Source: Candidatus Margulisiibacteriota bacterium (GTDB lineage Bacteria > Margulisbacteria > Marinamargulisbacteria > JBFWNS01). Taken from it: a stretch of DNA of 64,000 bases. This document shows positions 11,284 to 21,800 of the stretch, piece by piece; position 1 is the first letter of the stretch; each line of letters opens with the position of its first letter. A program made the translations under genes and the position numbers. Under the pieces are notes generated by a model, which saw only the letters and a program-made list of their open reading frames with translations, was not told the DNA's origin and searched no databases. The stretch lies in assembly GCA_050250935.1 (NCBI GenBank), contig JBFWNS010000001.1, positions 96,001 through 160,000 of the forward strand, given 5' to 3'.

Positions 11284-12219
11284 ATGGCCATTTTACACTT
11301 TTGCTTTAACGCCATTATCCCCGAGTTTTTGATTATTTATTTGGGGTTTTTCCTTAAAAAGGTCCGCATTTTAGCCGACGGATTTTCCAAGTCTGTTACC
11401 GATTTGATCTTTTCTGTTTCCTTGCCCACCCTGCTGTTTTTGAGCCTTTCCAGGTCTCAGCTTCAGCTCTCGAACACCCTTGGATTTATGGGGTACGGTG
11501 TTTTGGGAACCTTAGCAATGTGCACCTTGGCTGGGGTTTTTGTTCCCTTTATTGCCAAACCAGTGAATAAGGGCGCCTTTCTTCAAGCCTCGTTTCGCAG
11601 CAATTTTACAGTTCTGGGGCTTACCTTATCGTTGAATTTATTCGGCCCCAAAGCCGTTCCAACCCTGGCCCTGTTGTTTTCTGTGGTGGTGCCCTTGAAC
11701 AACATTTTGGCCATTTTAATGCTGACCCATTATGGGCAACACCGCCTGACACTCAAAACCTTTGTTAAGGGGGTGCTGTTGAATCCGCTTGTTTTGGCTT
11801 GTTTGTTGGGCATCTCGGCTTCTGAACTTCAGCTGCATCTGCCTTTTATTGTTGAAAAAGCAGCCACCACGGTTGCTGCCCTAACTTTACCCTTGGCTTT
11901 GCTGGCCATTGGTTCTTCCCTCAATTTTAATCGCCTCCGACGCAACTGGCACCTCACCGCCTTGGCCACGGCCATCAAACTGGTGGTGGGCCCCCTGATT
12001 TTGGTGTCTGGGGCTGTCGCTCTGGGGTTTCGCGGGTTGGAGCTGGGGAGCCTATTTTTGTTGTTTGCAACCCCAACCGCTGTGGCCAGCTACATCATGG
12101 CCAAAGCCATGGGCAGCAACAGCCGATTAAGTGGGAACATCGTCGCCGTTACAACCCTGGTGTCGGTGCTAACCCTCTCGATTGGCGTTGCTGTGCTCAA
12201 GGCCAAAGGACTGGTCTAG
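11284..12219 (+). CDS. AEC family (malate/malonate permease-like) transporter
   Basis: Many TM segments; LP.LLF, FRSN, NPLV, PLALL.IG, PTAVASY motifs. Confidence 0.9.
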   Translation: MAILHFCFNAIIPEFLIIYLGFFLKKVRILADGFSKSVTDLIFSVSLPTLLFLSLSRSQLQLSNTLGFMGYGVLGTLAMCTLAGVFVPFIAKPVNKGAFLQASFRSNFTVLGLTLSLNLFGPKAVPTLALLFSVVVPLNNILAILMLTHYGQHRLTLKTFVKGVLLNPLVLACLLGISASELQLHLPFIVEKAATTVAALTLPLALLAIGSSLNFNRLRRNWHLTALATAIKLVVGPLILVSGAVALGFRGLELGSLFLLFATPTAVASYIMAKAMGSNSRLSGNIVAVTTLVSVLTLSIGVAVLKAKGLV

Positions 12220-12222
12220 CCG

Positions 12223-12735
12223 CTATTTCAACAGTGGGGCTAAGGTTTTCTCGAAGGTCGACAGATCTTGATAACCCACAAACTTGGCAACGATGCGGCG
12301 TTTTTTATCAATCACAAAGGTGGTGGGGATACCCTGAATCCCGCCAAATGCTTTTACAATGTCCTCGTCCCCCATGGCAATCGGATAGTTGATGCCTTGC
12401 TCTTTAATAAAGGGGTGTACTGGCTTTGCGTCGTCATCCAAGGAAATACCCACCACTTGGACCTTGCCAGCATATTTCTTTTGCAGGGCAACAAAATGGG
12501 GGATTTCAGCCCGACAGGGAGGACACCAGGTGGCCCAAAAATCCAGAATCACAACCTTGCCGTCATAGGCTTTTAAATTCACGGGACTGCCATCCAAGGC
12601 AACCAACGAAAACGCTGGGGCTGGCTTAACCGTTTGCTTGGGGGCCAACTTTTTTTGCAGGGATTGTGCATGCAGCGACGCAGATGTTAAGAAGAGACAC
12701 AGCATGAGCAAAAGCGCACTTTTTAAGTTTTTCAT
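12223..12735 (-). CDS. Exported TlpA/ResA-like thiol-disulfide oxidoreductase
   Basis: Signal peptide, FWATWCPPC, IPTTFVID. Confidence 0.93.
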   Translation of the reverse strand: MKNLKSALLLMLCLFLTSASLHAQSLQKKLAPKQTVKPAPAFSLVALDGSPVNLKAYDGKVVILDFWATWCPPCRAEIPHFVALQKKYAGKVQVVGISLDDDAKPVHPFIKEQGINYPIAMGDEDIVKAFGGIQGIPTTFVIDKKRRIVAKFVGYQDLSTFEKTLAPLLK

Positions 12736-12772
12736 ATCTAAACATTATACCACAGTCAAAATTTGGGGGACA

Positions 12773-13657
12773 ATGGGATTGTTTCTGATATCTTCCCCTC
12801 TTTTTTCCGACATCAAGGACTATCGAGTCTGCAACATCCCCTTTGTTTATCACCAGCAACCGTACCTGGCGATTCGAACCTATACCCACCACTATCAGCC
12901 TTGGGTGGTGGCGATTGATTGCATCACCTTAACCCCTAAACTACTGCCAAAAACCGAGGTTATTCCCACCCAAAATGCCTTTTCCAACCTTCCGTTTCAA
13001 ACCCAGCTTCGAACCGACACCACCCCCCCAATACGACTGGCCAACCATGGGGTGATTCACCAACCCTCTTCAGCTTTTTTTCTGACCCTAGATTTATGCC
13101 CTTCGGCCAAACCCTTGGAAAAAGCCGCTTTGGAACGGTTGATGTCCCTGGCCCCAAACCCAGTGCCCATCGGCATTGCCATTTCAGGAAAATGGCTGCT
13201 CCACCACGAAACCGATTTGCAGTGGCTACAAGAACAAGTGGCCCATCACCGCTTGGACATTACGTGGATCAACCATTCGTTTAGCCATCCTTACGACGCC
13301 CAAGCCCCTCTGGATCACACATTTTTACTGACCCCAGGCCTTTCGGTGGACGCCGAAATTTTGGATACCGAAACATTGCTCTTGGATCGCGGCCTGGTGT
13401 TTTCGCCTTACTTTCGGTTTCCAGGACTCATCGCCAACGAGGCCTGTATGGCCAAATTGGCCGACCTGCATTTGATTCCCTTGGGCAGCGACGCTTGGTT
13501 GGCCAAGGGAGAAATTCCCAAACCTGGCTCGATCATTTTAATTCATGGCAACGGCAACGAACCCGCAGGCATTGCTAGATTTTTGGCGTTTCTGGACGAG
13601 CATCAGCAAGACATTCAAACCCACAAGCTGGTGTTTGGGTCTTTAAGCAATCGCTAG
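12773..13657 (+). CDS. Polysaccharide deacetylase family protein (start uncertain)
   Basis: LTLDLCPS, NHSFSH, FRFPGL, ILIHGNGNEP NodB-like motifs; start moved out of the overlap with the tlpA-like gene. Confidence 0.75.
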   Translation: MGLFLISSPLFSDIKDYRVCNIPFVYHQQPYLAIRTYTHHYQPWVVAIDCITLTPKLLPKTEVIPTQNAFSNLPFQTQLRTDTTPPIRLANHGVIHQPSSAFFLTLDLCPSAKPLEKAALERLMSLAPNPVPIGIAISGKWLLHHETDLQWLQEQVAHHRLDITWINHSFSHPYDAQAPLDHTFLLTPGLSVDAEILDTETLLLDRGLVFSPYFRFPGLIANEACMAKLADLHLIPLGSDAWLAKGEIPKPGSIILIHGNGNEPAGIARFLAFLDEHQQDIQTHKLVFGSLSNR

Positions 13658-14745
13658 ACGTTGAACAAAAATTCGACCACGTCCCCATCTTGCATCACAT
13701 AGTCTTTGCCTTCTTGGCGCAGTACGCCTTTGTCTCGGGCTTGTTTCCAGCCTTTGCACTCGACAAAAACAGGATAGGCCAAGACGTTGGCCCGAATAAA
13801 GCCTTTTTCAAAGTCGGTGTGAATGACACCTGCCGCTTTGGGGGCCGTATCGCCAACCCGAATGGTCCAAGCACGGGTTTCTTTTTCGCCAGAGGTCAAA
13901 TAGGTTTGTAGACCCAACAGGTGGTAACAGGCCTTGGCCAATCGACCCAATCCCGATTCTTCCAAACCCACCGACTCTAAAAACTCTTGTTTTTCGTCGG
14001 CATCCAAACTGGACAACTCTTGCTCCAATTTGGCGCAGATCACCAAACACTCGTCCCCGGTTTCGGCGGCATAGGTTTTGACTTTATCCACCCAGGGGTT
14101 GGGCTGACCGATATTGTTTTCATCAATGTTGGCCACATAAATAACTTTTTTAAGGGTTAAAAAGGCAAATCCTTTCAACACGTCTTTGTCTTCGTCTCCC
14201 ACTGTTTTTCGCACCGGTTGGCCTTGTTCCAAACCCGCTACAATTTTTTTGAGAAGGTCTAGTTTTTGAATCTCTTCTTTTTGCTGGGCTTTTGCCTTTT
14301 TCTGTTGGGTGTCCACCAGCTTTTGGGCCAGCTCCAAATCGGCCAACAACAATTCGGCGTTAATCACCTCGATATCGCCAATGGGGTCCACGGCACCGTG
14401 AACATGAACAATATTGGGGTCGTCAAAACACCGAACAATGTGGGCTATGGCCGCAGTTTCTCGGATGTTGGTTAAAAACTTGTTCCCCAACCCCTCGCCC
14501 TTTGAAGCCCCTTTTACCAATCCAGCAATGTCGACAAACTCGATGGTGGCAAAAATGCGCTTCAAACTGCCCGTAATGCCAGACAGGGCATCGACACGGG
14601 CATCGGGAACTTCCACGATTCCTGTATTGGGTTCGATGGTGCAAAACGGATAATTTTGGGCATCCACCGTGGAATTGGTAATGGCATTAAACAGGGTGGA
14701 TTTCCCAACATTGGGCAATCCCACAATTCCAATCGAAAGGGTCAT
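13654..14745 (-). CDS. ychF: Redox-regulated ATPase YchF
   Basis: GIVGLPNVGKSTLFNA, NYPFCTIEPN, DIAGLV, HTDFEKGFIRA, EGKDY. Confidence 0.98.
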   Translation of the reverse strand: MTLSIGIVGLPNVGKSTLFNAITNSTVDAQNYPFCTIEPNTGIVEVPDARVDALSGITGSLKRIFATIEFVDIAGLVKGASKGEGLGNKFLTNIRETAAIAHIVRCFDDPNIVHVHGAVDPIGDIEVINAELLLADLELAQKLVDTQQKKAKAQQKEEIQKLDLLKKIVAGLEQGQPVRKTVGDEDKDVLKGFAFLTLKKVIYVANIDENNIGQPNPWVDKVKTYAAETGDECLVICAKLEQELSSLDADEKQEFLESVGLEESGLGRLAKACYHLLGLQTYLTSGEKETRAWTIRVGDTAPKAAGVIHTDFEKGFIRANVLAYPVFVECKGWKQARDKGVLRQEGKDYVMQDGDVVEFLFNV

Positions 14746-15206
14746 CGAACGAGGTTGACGTCGCTTTCCACAGAAACTTCTGCTGCGCCATCCCCTTCCA
14801 TTTCGTCTTCCATATCCAAGCGTTGGGCCATAATTATATCGGGATTAATGCCATATTGCGGGAAAAATTCCAAAAAGGTCTTCATATCCAAAAACAATTC
14901 GCCCAGGTTGCTGACATGGGAATAACGGCGCCAAATTCGATCAAAAAACTTGGTAATGATTAAGCCATCATAGGTTTCCAATAAATCCATCATTTGCCCA
15001 ATTTTGGCCAAACGATTTTGAATGGTTACTGCGGGAAGCGACTCGTCGCCAGCCACTTTAATCATCAGTTCTTCGGCGATTTCTCGAACACGTTCGCCAG
15101 TAATCAGAATGTCCAGTTCGCTGATTCGAGAAGCAGCAGGTTCAAACACAATAAAATTTTGACACCGGGTTTCGTTAAGATGAGCAGGGATAATGGGTTT
15201 AGACAC
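14742..15206 (-). CDS. Hypothetical protein, translationally coupled to ychF
   Basis: GTG start with AAGGAG SD; 4-nt overlap with ychF; no motif recognised. Confidence 0.75.
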   Translation of the reverse strand: MSKPIIPAHLNETRCQNFIVFEPAASRISELDILITGERVREIAEELMIKVAGDESLPAVTIQNRLAKIGQMMDLLETYDGLIITKFFDRIWRRYSHVSNLGELFLDMKTFLEFFPQYGINPDIIMAQRLDMEDEMEGDGAAEVSVESDVNLVR

Positions 15207-15237
15207 AAGCGCTCCTTTAAAATGAGATCACAGGTAA

Positions 15238-15264
15238 TTATCGAAACGATCCGTACAAAATTTC
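15238..15264 (-). promoter_or_regulatory. sigma28 (FliA)-like promoter candidate
   Basis: GAAATTTT-N11-TTCGATAA on the minus strand, 31 nt before the GTG at 15206. Confidence 0.45.
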
Positions 15265-15289
15265 AGCAAAACCCAAATAGGTTTATCCC

Positions 15290-15317
15290 ATTATAATCAA
15301 AAACAACGGCATTGCAA
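15290..15317 (-). promoter_or_regulatory. sigma70-like promoter candidate
   Basis: TTGCAA-N16-TATAAT on the minus strand, upstream of the 154-aa ORF and ychF. Confidence 0.5.
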
Positions 15318-15322
15318 CGGCT

Positions 15323-15847
15323 TCAAACCAACTTTGATTGCTGCATGTCCTTTATTCTGGCCACCACTTTGGGGTGTTTGGGACGAAACCATCCTTGCTT
15401 TTGGGCTATAAAATACCCACACCCCGCATGAATTTGGTCTTCTTGAACAAAGGTACTAAAGGGATACTGCCGACACAAAGTGGGTCGATTTTCGTAGTCA
15501 TTACACCGGTTGTCTGGGGTTAAACACTGGCACGAAAAATGATCGATACCAGTACCTCTCCAAGTCGGTCGAAAGCGCTCGAAAACGGGGTCCTTGGCAA
15601 TTAAGACCTCATAGTCGGACAGCGTGGCCACTTTTTCCCCATTTCGAACCAAGGTAATACGACGGCAACATTGCCCCGAATGCTGACAAGCCCCTCCCAC
15701 ATAAAGCAGCTCTATTTTTAACCATTCCCAGAGCTTTTGTTCGAGGGTCTTTAATCCTACAAAATCCACGATGCAATACAGGCTATACAAGACCAGGGCT
15801 GCCACATAATCCGGCTTTGGCGAGGTGATCTTTTCAAAAAAGGTCAC
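15323..15847 (-). CDS. YkgJ/CxxCxxCC-family cysteine-cluster (putative Fe-S or Zn) protein
   Basis: CQHSGQCC...CQCL...RC..YENRP..CR.YPF; starts 2 nt after the fibre A stop. Confidence 0.8.
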   Translation of the reverse strand: MTFFEKITSPKPDYVAALVLYSLYCIVDFVGLKTLEQKLWEWLKIELLYVGGACQHSGQCCRRITLVRNGEKVATLSDYEVLIAKDPVFERFRPTWRGTGIDHFSCQCLTPDNRCNDYENRPTLCRQYPFSTFVQEDQIHAGCGYFIAQKQGWFRPKHPKVVARIKDMQQSKLV

Positions 15848-15849
15848 GG

Positions 15850-18800
15850 TTATTGGGTCTTGGCTGTGGCCCGGGCTTGGCTGATGGTGTTGAGTTCGGA
15901 CATCAACTGCTCGATATCTTGGTTTTGTTTGTCGAGTCTGTCGTTGAACCGTTTTACAATTTCATCCCGTTCTTGATGAAGGGAGGCCACGTCTTTTTGA
16001 ACCTGCTCGACAGTGGTTAAGGTTTTTTGAAGCGGTGGCATGCTGAAATTAAAGCCAACTGCGGTGTTAATCAGTTTAACTTCTTCTTTATTCGAAGATG
16101 TCCAAGCACGACCCACAATTAAAGCCACTGCAGGCGAAATATGATCCGGAGACACCGCAACGGCTGTTCCATCGTTATAGCCAGAAGGCACCAGATAGTC
16201 GCCGGCATGAACCACACCCCGAACTTTTACGGGCACTTGACCAAAGAACGAGATCAGTTCAACAAGCTTCATTTTGTCTTTGCCTGGCCAATTACCAGCA
16301 ACGCTGGCCCCAGAACTTTTCACCATAACCTGTTGGACACCTTGGGTATTTTTAGAAATTTTGCCATTGGTAACCCCAACAATGTCGCCTTTTTCGAAGG
16401 TGTCAGACGCGGTTTCTTTGTACAAATATTCCGCATAGTCCGCACCCGTGGTCTTATAGCGAACCCCACTGCTGCCATTGCCTTCTATTTCTCCCAGTAC
16501 AGAGCTATTGTTCATGAAGGTGATGAAGTTACTATCCGTGCCGACACTGGCCAGACCTGTATGCATAATGGCCAAGGAATCGGCCGTGTTGCCACCTGTG
16601 TTTTCGATAATCACTGCATGGTTGGCGGAAACCGAAGAATCGCCAGCCGTGCTGGCCTTAATGTGCAAGGTGGTTTTGGGAACAAAACTTGATATTCCAC
16701 TTCCCATAATCGCCACGTTTTTGCTGACAGGATAGACGTCTAAAACGGGTGTAAAGGTTCCGGTATTCGTGTAACCCACAGAAAACGTATTGCTGAAGCT
16801 GGTATTCGAAGTTGCAATATTGACTCGCAACTCGGAAACACCATTGGAAACGTTGTATCTAGAGATCCACAGTTGTGTATTATTGTCTGATCCATATCCT
16901 GTGTTCAAAATTGGACCACCCGAAAAGAACAGTTTATCGCCATTTCCAGCAGTGCCAGAAGAAGCGCTCTCGCGAATAATACCAACCCGGACATCGCCGT
17001 TAACCACCAAGGCATTTTGAGGCGTAGAGGTCCCAATCCCCACTTTGTCTCTGGCCATAAAGAGGGTGTCATAGACTGTGTTTGGATCTCCAAGATCTCG
17101 CATTCTAAAGCCCATGGTTCCAGAGCCATAGTCTCGAATGGTTAAATCGCCACCAAAGGTAGACCCAGAGCCAAATCGTGCCAAATCGCCACCCACTGTT
17201 CCCTGAACTTCCAATGCTGTGGTGGGTTGGGTGGTGCCAATGCCCACATAGCCGCCTTTAAACAAGGCCGCATACTTATTTCCGCCAATTCCACTATTGT
17301 CCCCAGCTCGGGCATCGACACCGGTCACATCGACTTTAAGCCCATAGGCCGCTGCGTTGTTATACACGGCCCAGTTCCCAGATAGCCCATTACCAATTGG
17401 CAAGCTTGCAACATTAATGTTCATCCCAATTAAATCGCCGGACCCAATATCTGCACCGAAGCCCAATCGAACCGTTTGAGCATTATAAGTAGCCCCAGCT
17501 GCAGGGGCCACATTTAAAGTTGTGGCCACATTCAGCAATTGGGAAACATTAAGGGTTGTAACATCAATTTGACCCGATGAAATATCCAATTGCCTGGCCG
17601 AAATACTACCCGCAACGGTTAAAGGTGTTGTCGGCAAACTGGTGCCAATCCCAACATAGCCATTTGCAGAAACCACCAACATGTCGGGAGTGGTCGAAGA
17701 ACCTACCCACAAAGGCGTTGCCGCCGATACAATATGCAGGGCAGCTGCAGGAACCGTGGTTCCAATCCCCACCGTACCGTTGCTGCTTACTGTCATGACG
17801 TTGGTACTGCTTGTTCCATTCCAATAATTGAATCGCAGCGCAGAATTGGCACTTCCGCCCCAGTTCAACACCGAATCGTATTCGGTGGCACTTCTTGCGC
17901 GAAGACCAAAGAAAGCACTTTCTGACCCATTTCGAACCAGATAACCCTTTGTTGTGCTATCGGTAATCCAGCTTGCAACCGATCCCGAGTAGTTGGCACC
18001 CAACTGAATTTTATCCCGAACATTCAAGGCGTAGTTAACGGTCGCTGTACCAATACCAACCCCATTTGCCGTTACAAGAAGGGCATTGGTCGTGGAGCCT
18101 ACATCCACCAAAAATGGCCCATTCACATGAAGCAGGGCTGTTGGGGAGCCGGTTTTAACGCCCACCAAGCCGTTGGCTGAAACCACCAACACGTTGGAAA
18201 CTGAACTGCTATCGGCCCTGAATGTGCCAACGACGTGAAGATTCGCACTAGGCACGGTGGTGCCGATCCCAACTTGGCCATTGTTTTGGGCAAACAAGAC
18301 CGAAGTTCCAGAATTGTTTTGAACATCCAAAACCCCAAAAGTTGAGGTGCTGCTGGAACTTTTAATGGCGAATTGTGCACTGGGATTGGCCACTCCAACA
18401 CCGACATAGCCATTGGAGGTCACCACAAAATAGTTGGTGGAGGTGCTGGAATTCCCATCAATTCTAACCACAGCCAAGCCTGGGGTCTCGTTAATCACAT
18501 GGAAAGTCGCATCGGGCTGGGTTGTGCCAACCCCAACGTTACCGCCCAAGAATAACGCGGAATATTTGTAGCCTTGTTTCGATGCAGAAGCGGCTTCGGC
18601 CGTGGTATATCGGGCCGACAAATTGCTTAAGTTGACCTTTACACCTGTTGCGGTTTCGCCATTGCCCAAACGCCCAAAATTATTGGGGTCTGCACTTTCA
18701 AGAGGTGTAGAGGCAAAATTAATGTTCAAGCCGGTAAAGGTCGAACTGGAGGCCGTGGTTCTATTCGTAATGTACATAGAGATTTTATCGGCATCGACCG

Positions 18801-21800
18801 TGCCAACCGTTGTATTGTCGAGGGTGGACACGATTTCCATGGTGGTTAAGGCATTGGGTGTCCCAATGGTTAACTTTTGGGCACTGGTATCCCAAAATAA
18901 ATTGGCAGCACTACTCAACGATTGGCTTGCATCAAAGAAAGGAATACGCCCTGGAACCCCGACAAAGGTAATATCGGATTGGGCTCCGGCAGGGCTTACA
19001 AACGCCAGATTTCCAGTTGGGGTTACATAGACAATGCCATAATTGCTAACGGTTGCTGGGGTTGTTGTGCTTTTTTTAAGCAAGACCGAGCCGCCAACCA
19101 TCACATCCGAATTATGAGAGGTAGCCCCTTGGACGGTTAGGACACCGGTACCTGTATCAACCGTCACCCCAGAAGCCCCATAGAACAGAGGGGTTACCAA
19201 TGCTGTGGTGACATTCAAGGTTGTGCCAACAGTCATGTCCCCATTGACATCCAACTGTGTTGCAGGCTGTGTGGTTCCAATCCCAACCAGACCTTCAGAA
19301 GTAATTCGCATTCTTTCTACAGGGGTTGAATCTTCAGGATCAGTGATAAAGACCAAATGAGATCCTGGTGTATTGCTAACCGCATTGCTTCGAACTGCGG
19401 CTATCCCTGATCCAACGCTGGAGGTGGTTACGACACTGTCTGGAATCATAACAATACCGGCAGCTGTATTCAGGGCCGATTGGGCCGTTTGAATGCGTAA
19501 TAAACCCCAGGTATCGGTGGATCTCGCCAGAAAACTAGAGGCCGTTGTTTTGGCGATATGAAGCTTGGAATAGGGCTGAGAAGTCCCAATACCCACGTTA
19601 GCGGTTGCAGAAGGGATGAACAAGGTATTGCTGTTGATATTAACCGTTGCGTTGGTTGCATTCAGCTGGCCGACAACCACCATGGAATTGGCCGTAACGT
19701 TTCCTGAAACGGTGATTCCTGTGGTCGGCGCAGTCGCAATGCCAATGCCAATGCCGCCACTAAACGTCGCCGAAGAGCCACTAAAGTTCTGTGTCACCAC
19801 CAAATTGGATACTTTTAAAACAGAGTTTACTGAAACGGTACCTGCCACCAAAGAACCAAACGTAGCCGATGGCGCCGTTAGCGCATTGTTTAATGCCAAA
19901 ACATTGGCGGTTAGTGTATCGGTTACGACCAAAGAGTTAATGGTAACGGTTCCATTAACCGATGTGGTTCCCGTCACATACAACGAATTAAAGGTGACGG
20001 TGCCCGCACTAAGGGTCCCCTGAAGAAACAAATTATCTGCAATAATGTTCCCGCTAACATGTAATTCTGCTTGCGGTGTTGTGGTACCAATCCCAACATA
20101 CCCTCCATTAAACAAAGCGGCGTAGCGGGTTCCGGTTGTCCCAGAGACATTGACATTTAAACCCGTACCCACACTATTGCTTTGCAATACGGCAGAGGAC
20201 ATGTCTACGTTGATCCCAACCGCTTGTTTGCCAGCGGCAATCATATTGACTGGCGATGTTGATCGGATGTTGACATCCAGTCCTGTAATATTTTTATCAA
20301 AGAAGAAATTGCTGTTGGGCGCAGCGCCATCTACGGTAATGCCAATTTTTTCGGACGTGAAATTGCTAGAGGCTGCAGCAGAAAATGTTTTGCTAATTTC
20401 AATTTGTCCATTGGGAAGCGTCGTTCCAATCCCTATGTTACCCGTTGCATCTAAATAGAAGCTTCCATTATTGATGTTCATGGTTGTTGCAGTGATCCCT
20501 TGTTGCACCACCAAGGAATTCATGGAAACCAATCCGGCAACTTCCAAGGGAAAATTAGGTGTTGTAACCCCAATACCAACCAGAGGGTTCCCTTGAACGT
20601 CTGCCTTGGCCACTAGGGTATTTGTTCCTACGATAAGATTGGGAACATTCAACCCACCCGACAAATTAAAGAAGTTTGCAGATACAGTTCCATTAACCTC
20701 TAAATCTGCTCTTGGGTTGGTCAAACCAATACCCACAGGTCCACCTTGAAACACAGCGGCAGCTTTGAACCCTGTGGTATCCGTCTCGATATTGGTCACA
20801 TCGACATATAGACCAACGGCAGCAGCGTTGTTTAAAAACAACCCGCTGGTTTGGCCCATTGAAATATTCATCCCCCTCACGGAAACCACCTTGCTGGTGT
20901 TCCCCCAGTTTTGGTCGATGGAGACATTAATATCCTGGGCATGAAAATCCCGAACACTGGTTAACAACCCTTGATGATTCAATCGAGAATCAATGCGGAA
21001 GGGCTGGGTGGGAACCATTGAAACGGAATTGGTAACCGTTAAACCATTGTTTTCTGAAAACGTATTGTTGATCACCATGGATCCACCTAGATCTAATTTA
21101 GAGTTGGCAATATCCACGTTAATGCTGGTTTGAGCCAAGGTTGAACTATCCACCCAGAAGGCCAAAGCCCCTGTGTTTCCAGTTCCCCTCTGTAAGGGTG
21201 ATGAAATAATTTTGGTATTACCACTGGGATCGGTGTATTCCAAATTACCTGTGCTCACAAACAATTTTCCAAACACCGATGGCGACGTGGTAACAGCTAT
21301 ATCTTTTAGGTTGAGGTAATCGGTGGTTAAAAACCCTTGTAAATCGAAATTTCTGGCTAAAATGAGGGTGTTGGCCGAAATGGTTCCATTAACTTCCAAA
21401 GGTGTCTGAGGCAAGGAAGTCCCTATCCCAACATTCCCAGACGAATAGTAGATATTCAGCCCATTGGTGCGCCAAGGTGTGTCTCTTGGAATAAATTGCT
21501 GATCGGCAATATACAAACTGTTAACGGAAAGGGACCCATCTACCAAAACAGGGTAAGAACTTGAAACATTGGTGGTCCCAATGGCGACCTTACCCGACAA
21601 AATGGTATTCCCACTGACATGTAAATTGGCACTGGGGGTAGCAAAGCCAAGGCCAATACCAACGCCGGTATCAGACATCACCACAGTTGGGGATCCACTG
21701 GTAATGGGGTTCCCACCTGGTTTGATGACAAACAAATTAGAGGTGACTCCCATACTGTATCGCTTCGTTCCACTGATATCGAAGGTCAGCATGGCGTCGT

